A DNA stretch of 64,000 nucleotides, taken from NCBI GenBank assembly GCA_964016885.1, contig OZ024740.1, forward strand, positions 195,548,001-195,612,000, read 5' to 3'. Of this stretch, positions 36,561 through 53,800 are shown piece by piece (within the stretch, counting starts at the first letter, position 1; each line of letters begins with the position of its first letter). The notes under the pieces are model-generated. The model made no database searches and was not told the origin of the DNA. It saw nothing but the letters and a program-made list of their open reading frames with translations. This stretch comes from Eledone cirrhosa (lineage: Eukaryota). Both the position numbers and the translations under genes were made by a program.

Positions 36561-36687
36561 TAAGGTGGAATTAATTGCCTAAATAATAAATATAATAATA
36601 ATTATTATTTAATAATAAATAAAGAATAATAATATTCAAAAGAGTGATAGTGTTTGAAAGGTTATTTATTATGTAGGTAATTCTTGA

Positions 36688-37299
<612 letters not shown>

Positions 37300-37680
37300 T
37301 ACTTGTGGAATTGACAACATGATCCAAAATATTCTTAGGTAATTCCCTAAGGTTTTTAGACTGTTAAATATATTGGCATTCTCTTCTGTACATAACTGAC
37401 ATCTTCCTGTGTTTTTGATGTAAGACCTATTTTGTTCTCTGATATTTCAGTTTATGCTACACTTTATATGTACAACACCACCCAAAAAACACACTCTCCA
37501 ACTCAATCCAGAGAAACATAAAGAACATATACAATCAAAAATAGATGTTTGTTGCTGCAGGAAACTTCAACCTTCAGAGTCTCTGATACTACATGAAAAA
37601 CTAACCCAAAACACTACTACAACAAAATTCTATAAACACTATCTCTCTCAATTAGCCCAGAAAAATATAAAGAACGTATT

Positions 37681-38026
37681 CGAGGGGGGGTGGGGCTGAA
37701 AAGTTCATAGGTTGATTATAAAGGAGTGATGCTAGTTCTGTGAAATCTTGCATACATTAATTTCAACTCTTCTTATTAATAATTGCATTGTTTCTTTCCG
37801 GGGACGATATTGAAAAATAAATCTCATTTGGCCATTCCATGAGAGTATCTTGGTCAGCCTATGAAGCAGTGATGCTAGAGCTCTGAAATATTACATGTAT
37901 TAATTTCAACTCTTCTTTTTTATAACTGCATTGTTTCTTTCCAGGGACTATATTGAAAAATAAACCCCATTTGGTAATTCCATGAGAGTATCTTGGTCAG
38001 TCAATGAACATTTCAGCCGACCCTTG
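37681..38026. mobile_element. Tc1/mariner-like MITE with an internal ~143-bp tandem duplication
   Basis: Imperfect TIRs CGAGGG..GGCTGAAAAGTTCAT / ATGAACATTTCAGCCGACCCTTG-TA. 37726-37865 is repeated at 37869-38008. Confidence 0.75.
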
Positions 38027-38899
38027 TATATACAGAAATAGCTATAACATCAATAGCCTCACTGGCTCCAAACACTGTACTGGGGTGTATACAACCAACA
38101 ATAAGTGTAGTGGAACAACAATAATCACACTGTCTAAATTCACTTTGCCTGCCACAACTGTAACTATCATCAATAGTTTGGACAGTGGAACAAGCACAAT
38201 ATGTCCAGACTATCACACTACATCTTACTGAGATCATCACAGCATATCATATTGTACAATATGGTCCTCAGCTATGTAGAGACATGGTATAACTGGGAAA
38301 ATAGATCTGTGGGTTACACCTCTTCAATTACTCAATTACCTCCATGTCATATGCCTGCTTAACTATGATTAACCTATGGTGATACAACAAATCATTTCTT
38401 TATGCATGCAACAGACAAGTTATATGAAGAATAGGCATCAAATATGGAAGATCTGGAGAGAAATAAGTGTAGTATTGTGGTATATGATCTGCAAAAATTG
38501 TAGAATATGAATGAACGGAGAGAGAGCAATGTAAAAACTACCAGTCTGAGGGAAAGGGTATCTTGAATTTGGTCTTTAAAAATCTACCAAGGTTGAAGGT
38601 GCCACGTAAAGGATCTACCAACCATAAACAAGACCTTCCAGTACATGGAGGTTGTCAAAAGATTCAACAGAAACATTTAGCTGCTTTATAGCAGCTATAG
38701 CTTTTCACCTTTTGTCCTTGGTTTTCACCTTTTGTCCTTGGTTTTCACCTTTTTTCATATTTTTGCTTCTTTTGCCTTCCCTCTCTTGTTTTTGTTTCTT
38801 AAATATAAGGAGTATTACATATTTCTCCTAGACAGTCAAGGCTTACTAGCTCTATACCGACGTTTAAACTAATTAAATAAATAAAATTGTCACTCAATG

Positions 38900-39300
38900 T
38901 TTGCAGAAAAGACTATACTTGTATTGAGAAGTCATATGAACAAATGAGGAGTGCCGGAATGAAAATGTGTTATATGTTGACAAGATAATTATGTTGACGA
39001 GATAATTATAGTAGTGGAATTACAAATGAAAGTTTACATGGAAACTTGCCCTATATAATGACTATAATTTCTCAAAGACAGTTATGATTTACAGAACATT
39101 GCTGTAGAAGTAAGCAGGAAGTTATACACAAGCTACTATTGTGGGAACCAACTCACAGGAGACACAGTAGAGGAAGACCAGCTTGAACCTTCATCAATCA
39201 ACTCTCAGATGATACAAACTTTAGTAAGGAGCTTTGCCAAGAACAATGGAGATTCATGAACTGTGGAGTGATTTTGTCATGAATGTTCAACTGTGGTTGC
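38900..39300 (+). mobile_element. Decayed RTE-like 3' fragment (similar to the family at 10983-11410)
   Basis: ITNESLHGNLP...QRQL*FTEHCCRS...KLLLWEPTHRRHSRGRPA. Confidence 0.75.
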
Positions 39301-40299
39301 AATGATAATAAGTAGAGGAATTCCAAAGATAACACGGAATGAAATAATGAGATCAGATCTTGGAATGCAGAGTCTTGCCCATAATATCAAGCCAGGTTGA
39401 GATATATGGTGATTTGCAATGCAGCAAACACATTGAAACAATGCCAAGGGAAAAAATTGACACTAAAACAATGGTTATTACAATGATGGCGATAGGGAGG
39501 AGGAGGCTGTTGTATATCCCCCGGTCAAACCTAAATGAACAGATCTATGTTCAATGAATTTCCAGTTATGATCATCTTGCCTTATTTTCGAGATAATGTT
39601 ATCCAATGCCTCGATATTTGAGAGTATGGTGATATTTGAGGAAGGTTTGGCTACTACTTCTAGCGGGTCAAGTAACCAAATAATGGCTTGAGCCTTTATT
39701 TGTTAGCATATTGATGACAATGATGGCAATGGCGGTGGCAGCAGCAGGAGCAGTGACAGTAATATGCACACACACACACACACACACACACAAGAAGTGC
39801 AACACTCTACAGACAACCTGCAGACCAGTAACATCCAGAATCCTTGTTTCAAATGATTAGTTATAGCCTTGTCAACCTCTTCCTTTTATACTGCTGGTGC
39901 TCAGGGGAGATAATTCATGATGATGACAACCTCATAGTTCCAATAGCAAGTGTGGGATCTAATTATTAAGATCAACACTGCATGTACACATACCTAACCT
40001 ACTACTACTACTACACTCATCCATTTTGTGGTGACATGGTAAAACCTTTCCATCTCACACAATCCAACAACTGCCTCAGTTCTTCACCAGATAATTCTGT
40101 ATCTTCCTCAATGGCTCTCTTTAATGTCTTGAAAGGTCTTCCATGTTTGTGCTTCACATTAGTGAGATCCCATAGTAAAAGTTGTGTAGCAAGTCCGTTG
40201 CCTTATTTATACCAATGACATTTGAAGTCAATCAATGAAAATAATAATTAGTTTGATCAAGAAGACAATCAAAGTTGGAAATTCCAAATACTGACACAT

Positions 40300-40500
40300 C
40301 TTGGCCCACTTATTCCGGTGGGTCCTGTCAAAAGCAACCGTCTCCAGCTGATCTGGCTGGATCACCAAACATGACCAGCTAAGCTCATGGATGTTATCCA
40401 ACCATCTTGCTTGGGGTCTACCCCTGGGTCTCTTGCTGGTTGGTTTTACCCATAAAATTTGTCCAGCAATTCTTTCCTGAGACATTCTGTTGAGTCAGGA
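40300..40500 (-). mobile_element. Decayed RTE C-terminal fragment
   Basis: MSQERIAGQILWVKPTSKRPRGRPQARWLDNI. Confidence 0.7.
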
Positions 40501-40909
40501 GTTACTTGATAAATCCTGACACAATGGTTCGTTTTCTTTTCAACACCAATGATCATTGCACATGTGAGTGTGTATATATATACAACATTTATAATATACC
40601 AAATCACCACAATCATCCCCACCATTGAAAGTCTGATTTCCCTGCTAACAAAGGTTGAATAAGTTATCACAGTACTCAAGTGGAGCTGCTGACCTCACAG
40701 ATGCACAGAGGGAATGCACCTCACTTACATATGTTCACATATTCTACCATATATGTTCAGATGGACAAGAAAACCACATCTTGCTTATATAAATTTCTGT
40801 GATTTATGGGATACATTTTATCGTGACACCAAATATACAATCTATTTTAAATTGCAGTTTTGTTGGTCCAGTAGTTATGTCACATGATGATGTTTAATAT
40901 TGTATCTTT

Positions 40910-40960
<51 letters not shown>

Positions 40961-41095
40961 ACAGATGGACAAACATAGATTTGTATCAATAGGAAAAAGC
41001 CTTTTCTCAGATGTGTTAAATACATGACTGTGTCCATGTTTAATAACTTTTAATGGGAATTTTTCATATTTCATTATCAATCCTTTATGCTTTAG

Positions 41096-41298
41096 CCCTT
41101 TAGCATTAAACCAGCCATATCTGGCCAGGATTCTCTCACCTCTTTCTTTTCATACATCTCCTCATACTTAAGGTATTTTTCACCAAATAAATCACATCAA
41201 AATCTCATAGATTCGATATTATGTGAGATAATTATGTGAAATAAAGTGTTTACCATGAAAATATAATAGTAATACAGAGTAATGAAAATGTTAAAGGG
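41096..41298. mobile_element. TTAA-type (piggyBac-like) MITE
   Basis: CCCTTTAGCATT ... AATGTTAAAGGG-TTAA. Same body as 33433 and 47558. Confidence 0.8.
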
Positions 41299-42144
41299 TT
41301 AATTCACTGTGCTCCTTGTACCACACAGAGAAAGTAGTAAATTGGCAGAACCATTAGAGCAAAGGACAAAATATCTGGTATTTGTTCCAGTTTTTTATAT
41401 TCTGAATGTTGTGACAAGTGGGAGAAAACAAAATGGTGTATTACAGAAAATAAAATAAAATAAAATAAACACACAAATATACCAGAAAAAAGGTAACGAG
41501 GAAGAGACAGATGAAACAATTTTGTATTCTTCCATGGAAATTCTATGACAAGTACAAAGCGTTTGTCAAGGATGTCACCAGACCTTTGTTTGTCAACCTA
41601 ATGATGCACTGAAGGACTGGTTATGCAAGGAAAGAAGCAGTAATAATAACAACAAAAACAATGCTGTCAATGCTGGTGCCAGTAGTCTAACATAGAGTCT
41701 TTGATTTAAGGAATCAGATGATGGGCTTTTTCACAAATAACAAATCCCCTTCCCAGTTTTTTTCCATAAATCTTAACCAAAAATTAAAATAGATAAAATG
41801 CATTTTTTTTTAATTCTCCAGTAACCTCCTCTCCTCTCACACCCAGATACATTCTCTCTCTCTTTCTTCCTCCTCCTCCTCCTCCTCCTTCCTTCTCTGT
41901 TATTTCTTATAATATTCTCTCTTATGCTAGTCTCAATGTATTACAGATTAAAAATTATTTCAAGAAGTACACTGAGAGCTTTTTAAGTATGAGATTGGAT
42001 TTTACTTTCTTATTTTGGTGGATTTCAGTGAAGTAAAGAATGTAAGGTAAATAAATAAATATTGCTACAAGAAAAGAAGGGGATGGGGATGGGGGGGGGG
42101 GGGGGGTAACAGCCAAAAGGCAGAGATAGAAAGTAGACGAGTGT

Positions 42145-43110
<966 letters not shown>

Positions 43111-43282
43111 ATCTAATAGCTACATACATGCAGTCATTCCATTCTTAGAATTAACTATCTTAATTCTTGTTTTGAAAGCATAGATTTGTGATCTATGCTG
43201 TGTGGCATGTTACTGCATCTAACCGAGAGCTAATAAAAGCTACCTATCTTCAACATAAATATAGAACTTCATTTCTGTGACT

Positions 43283-46200
43283 CCACCACCACCAATATTA
43301 CTACCACCACTGCCATCAATACCATCCATGGAAATACCTCCACTACCACCAACACCACTATCAATATTACCAACACTACCACCACCGCCACCATTACCAA
43401 CACTACCACCACTGCCACCATTACCAATACTACCACCAACATAGCATCACCATTACCAATACTACCACCAACGTAGCATCACCATTACCAACACTACCAC
43501 TACCAACATCACCATTACCAACACTACCACCACCACCACCACCAGCATCACCATTACCAACACTACCACTACCACCACCAACATCACCATTACCAACACT
43601 ACCACCAACACCAACATCACCATTACCAACAGTACCACCAACACCAGCATCACCGTTACAACACTACCACCACAACCAGCATCACCATTACCAACACCAC
43701 CACCACCAGCATCACAACACTACCACCACCACCAGCATCACCATTACCAACACTACCACCAACGTAGCATCACCATTACCAACACTACCACCACCACCAC
43801 CAACATCACCATTACCAACACTACCACCAACACCACCAACATCACCATTACCAACACTACCACCAACACCAACATCATCATTACCAACACTACCACCACC
43901 ACCAACATCACCATTACCAACACTACCACCACCAACATCACCATTACCAACACTACCACCACCACCACCAACATCACCATTACCAACACTACCACCAACA
44001 CCAACATCATCATTACCAACACTACCACCACCACCACCAACATCACCATTACCAACACTACCACCACCACCACCAACATCACCATTACCAACACTACCAC
44101 CAACACCAACATCACCATTACCAACACTACCACCACCACCACCAACATCACCATTACCAACACTACCACCACCACCACCAACATCACCATTACAAACACT
44201 ACCACCACCACCAACATCATCATTACCAACACTACCACCAACACCAACATCACCATTACCAACACTACCACCACCACCAACATCACCATTACCAACACTA
44301 CCACCAACACCAACATCATCATTACCAACACTACCACCACCACCAACATCACCATTACCAACACTACCACCACCACCACCAACATCACCATTACCAACAC
44401 TACCACCACCACCAACATCACCATTACCAACACTACCACCACCACCAACATCATCATTACCAACACTACCACCAACACCAACATCACCATTACCAACACT
44501 ACCACCACCACCAACATCATCATTACCAACACTACCACCACCACCAGCATCACCATTACCAACACTACCACCACCACCAACATCACCATTACAAACACTA
44601 CCACCACCACCAACATCACCATTACCAACACTACCACCACCACCAACATCACCATTACCAACACTACCACCACCACCAACATCATCATTACCAACACTAC
44701 CACCACCACCAGCATCACCATTACCAACACTACCACCACCACCAGCATCACCATTACCAACACTACCACCAACACCAACATCACCATTACAAACACTACC
44801 ACCACCACCAACATCACCATTACCAACACTACCACCACCACCAACATCACCATTACAAACACTACCACCACCACCAACATCACCATTACCAACACTACCA
44901 CCACCACCAACATCATCATTACCAACACTACCACCAACACCAACATCACCATTACCAACACTACCACCACCACCAACATCACCATTACCAACACTACCAC
45001 CAACACCAACATCACCATTACCAACACTACCACCAACACCAACATCATCATTACCAACACTACCACCACCACCAACATCACCATTACCAACACTACCACC
45101 ACCACCAACATCACCATTACAAACACTACCACCACCACCAACATCACCATTACCAACACTACCACCAACACCAACATCATCATTACCAACACTACCACCA
45201 CCACCAACATCACCATTACCAACACTACCACCACCAACATCACCATTACCAACACTACCACCACCACCACCAACATCACCATTACAAACACTACCACCAC
45301 CACCAACATCATCATTACCAACACTACCACCACCACCAACATCACCATTACCAACACTACCAACACCAACATCACCATTACCAACACTACCACCACCACC
45401 AACATCATCATTACCAACACTACCACCACCACCAGCATCACCATTACCAACACTACCACCACCACCAACATCACCATTACAAACACTACCACCACCACCA
45501 ACATCACCATTACCAACACTACCACCACCACCAACATCACCATTACCAACAGTACCACCACCACCAGCATCACCATTACCAACACTACCACCACCACCAA
45601 CATCACCATTACCAACAGTACCACCACCACCAGCATCACCATTACCAACACTACCACCACCACCAACATCACCATTACCAACACTACCACCAGCATCACC
45701 ATTACCAACACTACCACCACCACCAACATCACCATTACCAACACTACCACCACCACCAACATCACCATTACCAACACTACCACCACCACCAACATCACCA
45801 TTACCAACACTACCACCACCACCAGCATCACCATTACCAACACTACCACCACCACCAACATCACCATTACCAACACTACCACCACCACCAACATCACTAT
45901 TACCAACACTACCACCACCACCAACATCACCATTACCAACACTACCACCACCACCAACATCACCATTACCAACACTACCACCACCACCAACATCACCATT
46001 ACCAACACTACCACCACCACCAACATCATCATTACCAACACTACCACCACCACCAGCATCACCATTACCAACACTACCACCACCACCAACATCACCATTA
46101 CAAACACTACCACCACCACCAACATCACCATTACCAACACTACCACCACCACCAACATCACCATTACCAACAGTACCACCACCACCAGCATCACCATTAC

Positions 46201-47550
46201 CAACACTACCACCACCACCAACATCACCATTACCAACAGTACCACCACCACCAGCATCACCATTACCAACACTACCACCACCACCAACATCACCATTACC
46301 AACACTACCACCAGCATCACCATTACCAACACTACCACCACCACCAGCATCACCATTACCAACACTACCACCACCACCAACATCACCATTACCAACACTA
46401 CCACCACCACCAACATCACCATTACCAACACTACCACCACCACCAGCATCACCATTACCAACACTACCACCACCACCAACATCACCATTACCAACACTAC
46501 CACCACCACCAACATCACCATTACCAACACTACCACCACCACCAACATCACCATTACAAACACTACCACCACCACCAACATCATCATTACCAACACTACC
46601 ACCAACACCAACATCACCATTACCAACACTACCACCACCACCAACATCATCATTACCAACACTACCACCACCACCAGCATCACCATTACCAACACTACCA
46701 CCACCACCAACATCACCATTACAAACACTACCACCACCACCAGCATCACCATTACCAACACTACCACCACCACCAGCATCACCATTACCAACACTACCAC
46801 CACCACCAACATCACCATTACCAACACTACCACCACCACCAACATCACCATTACAAACACTACCACCACCACCAACATCAACATTACAAACACTACCACC
46901 ACCACCAGCATCACCATTACCAACACTACCACCACCACCAACATTACCATTACCAACACTACCACCACCACCAACATCACCATTACCAACACCACTACCA
47001 CCACCAACATCACCATTACCAACACTACCACCACCACCAGCATCACCATTACCAACACTACCACCACCACCAACATCACCATTACCAACACCACCACCAC
47101 CACCAGCATCACCATTACCAACACTACCACCACCACCAGCATCACCATTACCAACACTACCACCACCACCAGCATCACCATTACCAACACTACCACCACC
47201 ACCAACATTACCATTACCAACACTACCACCACCACCAACATCACCATTACCAACACCACTACCACCACCAACATCACCATTACCAACACTACCACCACCA
47301 CCAGCATCACCATTACCAACACTACCACCACCACCAACATCACCATTACCAACACCACCACCACCACCAGCATCACCATTACCAACACTACCACCACCAC
47401 CAGCATCACCATTACCAACACTACCACCACCACCAGCATCACCACAACTAATAATAATATCACCAACATTGCCACACACAACAATACCACCATTGTAAAC
47501 TCTAAGAACTACAACCACCACTACCACCAACATGATCACCACCAACAACA
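43283..47550. repeat. 33-bp minisatellite, consensus CCAACACTACCACCACCACCAACATCACCATTA (roughly 120 units), with degenerate edges
   Basis: The unit gives the 11-aa [11 protein letters not shown] periodicity in the ORF track. Length variants differ by whole triplets. Confidence 0.97.
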
Positions 47551-47557
47551 TCATTAA

Positions 47558-47777
47558 CCCTTTAGCATTTAAGCCGGCCATATCCGGCCAGAATTCTCTC
47601 ACCTCTTTCTGTTCAAACCGGCTGTAACCGGCTGCTCATACCAATGTTAAGGTATTATTCTCAAAATAAATAATATCAAAATGTAATAGATTCAATATTA
47701 TGTGAGATAATTATGTAAAATAGAGCCTTTACCACAAAATACAATAGTAAATATAGTGTATTGTAAATACTAAAGGG
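47558..47777. mobile_element. TTAA-flanked (piggyBac-like) MITE, the best-preserved copy
   Basis: TTAA at 47554-57 and 47778-81. TIRs CCCTTTAGCATTTA / TAAATACTAAAGGG. Confidence 0.88.
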
Positions 47778-47829
47778 TTAATCACAACCACCAGCAACAC
47801 CGCCATTTCCACCAACATTAACAGCACTT

Positions 47830-50800
47830 ACAGCAACAACCACCACTACCACCAATACTAACAATACTAACAACCACCACCACTACCACCAATACTAATA
47901 GTACTAACAACCACCACCACTACCACCAATACTAACAATACAAACAACCACCACCACTACCACCAATACTAACAGTACTAACAACAACCACCACCACTAC
48001 CACCAATACTAACAATACTAACAACAACCACCACCACTACCACCAATACTAACAATACTAACAACAACCACCACCACTACCACCAATACTAACAATACTA
48101 ACAACAACCACCACCACTACCACCAATACTAACAGTACTAACAACAACCACCACCACTACCACCAATACTAACAATACTAACAACAACCACCACCACTAC
48201 CACCAATACTAACAATACTAACAACAACCACCACCACTACCACCAATACTAACAATACTAACAACAACCACCACCACTACCACCAATACTAACAGTACTA
48301 ACAACAACCACCACCACTACCACCAATACTAACAATACTAACAACAACCACCACCACTACCACCAATACTAACAATACTAACAACAACCACCACCACTAC
48401 CACCAATACTAACAATACTAACAACAACCACCACCACTACCACCAATACTAACAATACTAACAACAACCACCACCACTACCACCAATACTAACAATACTA
48501 ACAACAACCACCACCACTACCACCAATACTAACAGTACTAACAACAACCACCACCACTACCACCAATACTAACAATACTAACAACAACCACCACCACTAC
48601 CACCAATACTAACAGTACTAACAACAACCACCACCACTACCACCAATACTAACAATACTAACAACAACCACCACCACTACCACCAATACTAACAGTACTA
48701 ACAACCACCACCACTACCACCAATACTAACAATACAAACAACAACTACCACTACCACCAATACTAACAATACTAACAACAACCACCACCACTACCACCAA
48801 TACTAATAGTACTAACAACCACCACCACTACCACCAATACTAACAATACAAACAACAACCACCACCACTACCACCAATACTAACAATACTAACAACAACT
48901 ACCACTACCACCAATACTAACAATACTAACAACAACCACCACCACTACCACCAATACTAACAGTACTAACAACCACCACCACTACCACCAATACTAACAA
49001 TACTAACAACAACCACCACCACTACCACCAATACTAACAATACTAACAACAACCACCACCACTACCACCAATACTAACAGTACTAACAACCACCACCACT
49101 ACCACCAATACTAACAATACTAACAACAACCACCACCACTACCACCAATACTAACAATACTAACAACAACCACCACCACTACCACCAATACTAACAATAC
49201 TAACAACAACCACCACCACTACCACCAATACTAACAGTACTAACAACAACCACCACCACTACCACCAATACTAACAATACTAACAACAACCACCACCACT
49301 ACCACCAATACTAACAATACTAACAACAACCACCACCACTACCACCAATACTAACAATACTAACAACAACCACCACCACTACCACCAATACTAACAGTAC
49401 TAACAACCACCACCACTACCACCAATACTAACAATACTAACAACCACCACCACCACTACCACCAATACTAACAATACTAACAACAACCACCACCACTACC
49501 ACCAATACTAACAGTACTAACAACCACCACCACTACCACCAATACTAACAATACTAACAACAACCACCACCACTACCACCAATACTAACAGTACTAACAA
49601 CCACCACCACCACTACCACCAATACTAACAATACTAACAACAACCACCACCACTACCACCAATACTAACAGTACTAACAACCACCACCACTACCACCAAT
49701 ACTAACAATACTAACAACAACCACCACCACTACCACCAATACTAACAGTACTAACAACCACCACCACTACCACCAATACTAACAATACTAAACCACCACC
49801 ACTACCACCAATACTAACAATACTAACAACAACCACCACCACTACCACCAATACTAACAGTACTAACAACAACCACCACCACTACCACCAATACTAACAG
49901 TACTAACAACCACCACCACTACCACCAATACTAACAATACTAACAACAACCACCACCACTACCACCAATACTAACAATACTAACAACAACAACCACCACT
50001 ACCACCAATACTAACAATACTAACAACAACCACCACCACTACCACCAATACTAACAGTACTAACAACCACCACCACTACCACCAATACTAACAATACTAA
50101 CAACAACCACCACCACTACCACCAATACTAACAGTACTAACAACAACCACCACCACTACCACCAATACTAACAATACTAACAACAACCACCACCACTACC
50201 ACCAATACTAACAGTACTAACAACACCACCACCACTACCACCAATACTAACAATACTAACAACAACCACCACCACTACCACCAATACTAACAATACTAAC
50301 AACAACCACCACCACTACCACCAATACTAACAGTACTAACAACCACCACCACTACCACCAATACTAACAATACTAACAACAACCACCACCACTACCACCA
50401 ATACTAACAATACTAACAACAACCACCACCACTACCACCAATACTAACAATACTAACAACAACCACCACCACTACCACCAATACTAACAATACTAACAAC
50501 AACCACCACCACTACCACCAATACTAACAATACTAACAACAACCACCACCACTACCACCAATACTAACAGTACTAACAACCACCACCACTACCACCAATA
50601 CTAACAATACTAACAACAACCACCACCACTACCACCAATACTAACAGTACTAACAACACCACCACCACTACCACCAATACTAACAATACAAACAACAACC
50701 ACCACCACTACCACCAATACTAACAATACTAACAACAACCACCACCACTACCACCAATACTAACAATACTAACAACAACCACCACCACTACCACCAATAC

Positions 50801-53800
50801 TAACAATACTAACAACAACCACCACCACTACCACCAATACTAACAATACAAACAACAACCACCACCACTACCACCAATACTAACAATACTAACAACAACC
50901 ACCACCACTACCACCAATACTAACAATACTAACAACAACCACCACCACTACCACCAATACTAACAATACTAACAACCACCACCACCACTACCACCAATAC
51001 TAACAGTACTAACAACCACCACCACTACCACCAATACTAACAATACTAACAACAACCACCACCACTACCACCAATACTAACAGTACTAACAACCACCACC
51101 ACTACCACCAATACTAACAATACTAACAACAACCACCACCACTACCACCAATACTAACAGTACTAACAACAACCACCACTACCACCAATACTAACAATAC
51201 AAACAACAACACACCACTACCACCAATACTAACAATACTAACAACCACCACCACTACCACCAATACTAACAATACTAACAACAACCACCACCACTACCAC
51301 CAATACTAACAATACTAACAACAACCACCACCACTACCACCAATACTAACAGTACTAACAACCACCACCACTACCACCAATACTAACAATACTAACAACA
51401 ACCACCACCACTACCACCAATACTAACAATACTAACAACAACCACCACTACCACCAATACTAACAATACAAACAACAACCACCACCACTACCACCAATAC
51501 TAACAATACTAACAACAACCACCACCACTACCACCAATACTAACAATACTAACAACAACAACCACCACTACCACCAATACTAACAGTACTAACAACAACC
51601 ACCACCACTACCACCAATACTAACAGTACTAACAACAACCACCACCACTACCACCAATACTAACAGTACTAACAACAACCACCACCACTACCACCAATAC
51701 TAACAATACTAACAACAACCACCACTACCACCAATACTAACAATACTAACAACAACCACCACTACCACCAATACTAACAGTACTAACAACAACCACCACT
51801 ACCACCAATACTAACAGTACTAACAACAACCACCACCACTACCACCAATACTAACAGTACTAACAACAACCACCACCACTACCACCAATACTAACAATAC
51901 TAACAACAACCACCACTACCACCAATACTAACAATACTAACAACAACCACCACTACCACCAATACTAACAGTACTAACAACCACCACCACTACCACCAAT
52001 ACTAACAGTACTAACAACAACCACCACCACTACCACCAATACTAACAAGTACTAACAACAACAACCACCACTACCACCAATACTAACAGTACTAACAACA
52101 CACCACCACTACCACCAATACTAACAATACTAACAACAACCACCACCACTACCACCAATACTAACAGTACTAACAACAACCACCACCACTACCACCAATA
52201 CTAACAATACTAACAACAACCACCACCACTACCACCAATACTAACAATACTAACAACAACCACCACCACTACCACCAATACTAACAGTACTAACAACAAC
52301 CACCACCACTACCACCAATACTAACAGTACTAACAACCACCACCACTACCACCAATACTAACAGTACTAACACAACCACCACCACTACCACCAATACTAA
52401 CAGTACTAACAACACCACCACCACTACCACCAATACTAACAATACTAACAACAACCACCACCACTACCACCAATACTAACAGTACTAACAACACCACCAC
52501 CACTACCACCAATACTAACAATACTAACAACAACCACCACCACTACCACCAATACTAACATACTAACAACAACCACCACCACTACCACCAATACTAACAA
52601 TACTAACAACAACCACCACCACTACCACCAATACTAACATACTAACAACAACCACCACCACTACCACCAATACTAACAATACTAACAACAACCACCACCA
52701 CTACCACCAATACTAACAGTACTAACAACAACCACCACCACTACCACCAATACTAACAATACTAACAACAACCACCACCACTACCACCAATACTAACAGT
52801 ACTAACAACAACCACCACCACTACCACCAATACTAACAATACTAACAACAACCACCACCACTACCACCAATACTAACATACTAACAACAACAACCACCAC
52901 TACCACCAATACTAACTAGTACTAACAACAACCACCACCACTACCACCAATACTAACAATACTAACAACAACCCACCACTACCACCAATACTAACAAGTA
53001 CTAACAACAACCACCACCACTACCACCAATACTAACAGTACTAACAACAACCACCACCACTACCACCAATACTAACAATACTAACAACAACCACCACCTA
53101 CCACCAATACTAACAATACTAACAACAACCACCACCACTACCACCAATACTAACAATACTAACAACAACCACCACCACTACCACCAATACTAACAATACT
53201 AACAACAACCACCACCACTACCACCAATACTAACAGTACTAACAACAACCACCACCACTACCACCAATACTAACAATACTAACAACAACCACCACCACTA
53301 CCACCAATACTAACAGTACTAACAACCACCACCACTACCACCAATACTAACAGTACTAACAACAACCACCACCACTACCACCAATACTAACAATACTAAC
53401 AACAACCACCACCACTACCACCAATACTAACAATACTAACAACAACCACCACCACTACCACCAATACTAACAGTACTAACAACAACCACCACCACTACCA
53501 CCAATACTAACAATACTAACAACAACCACCACCACTACCACCAATACTAACAATACTAACAACAACCACCACCACTACCACCAATACTAACAATACTAAC
53601 AACAACCACCACCACTACCACCAATACTAACAATACTAACAACACACCACCACTACCACCAATACTAACAGTACTAACAACAACCACCACCACTACCACC
53701 AATACTAACAGTACTAACAACAACCACCACCACTACCACCAATACTAACAATACTAACAACAACCACCACCTACCACCAATACTAACAATACTAACAACA

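Noticed and set aside
43712-47602. 1296-aa Gly-rich and 1246-aa Val-rich ORFs as genes
   Set aside because: Translations of a 33-bp satellite. The longer ORF starts within a MITE and has no unique domain or visible splice context.
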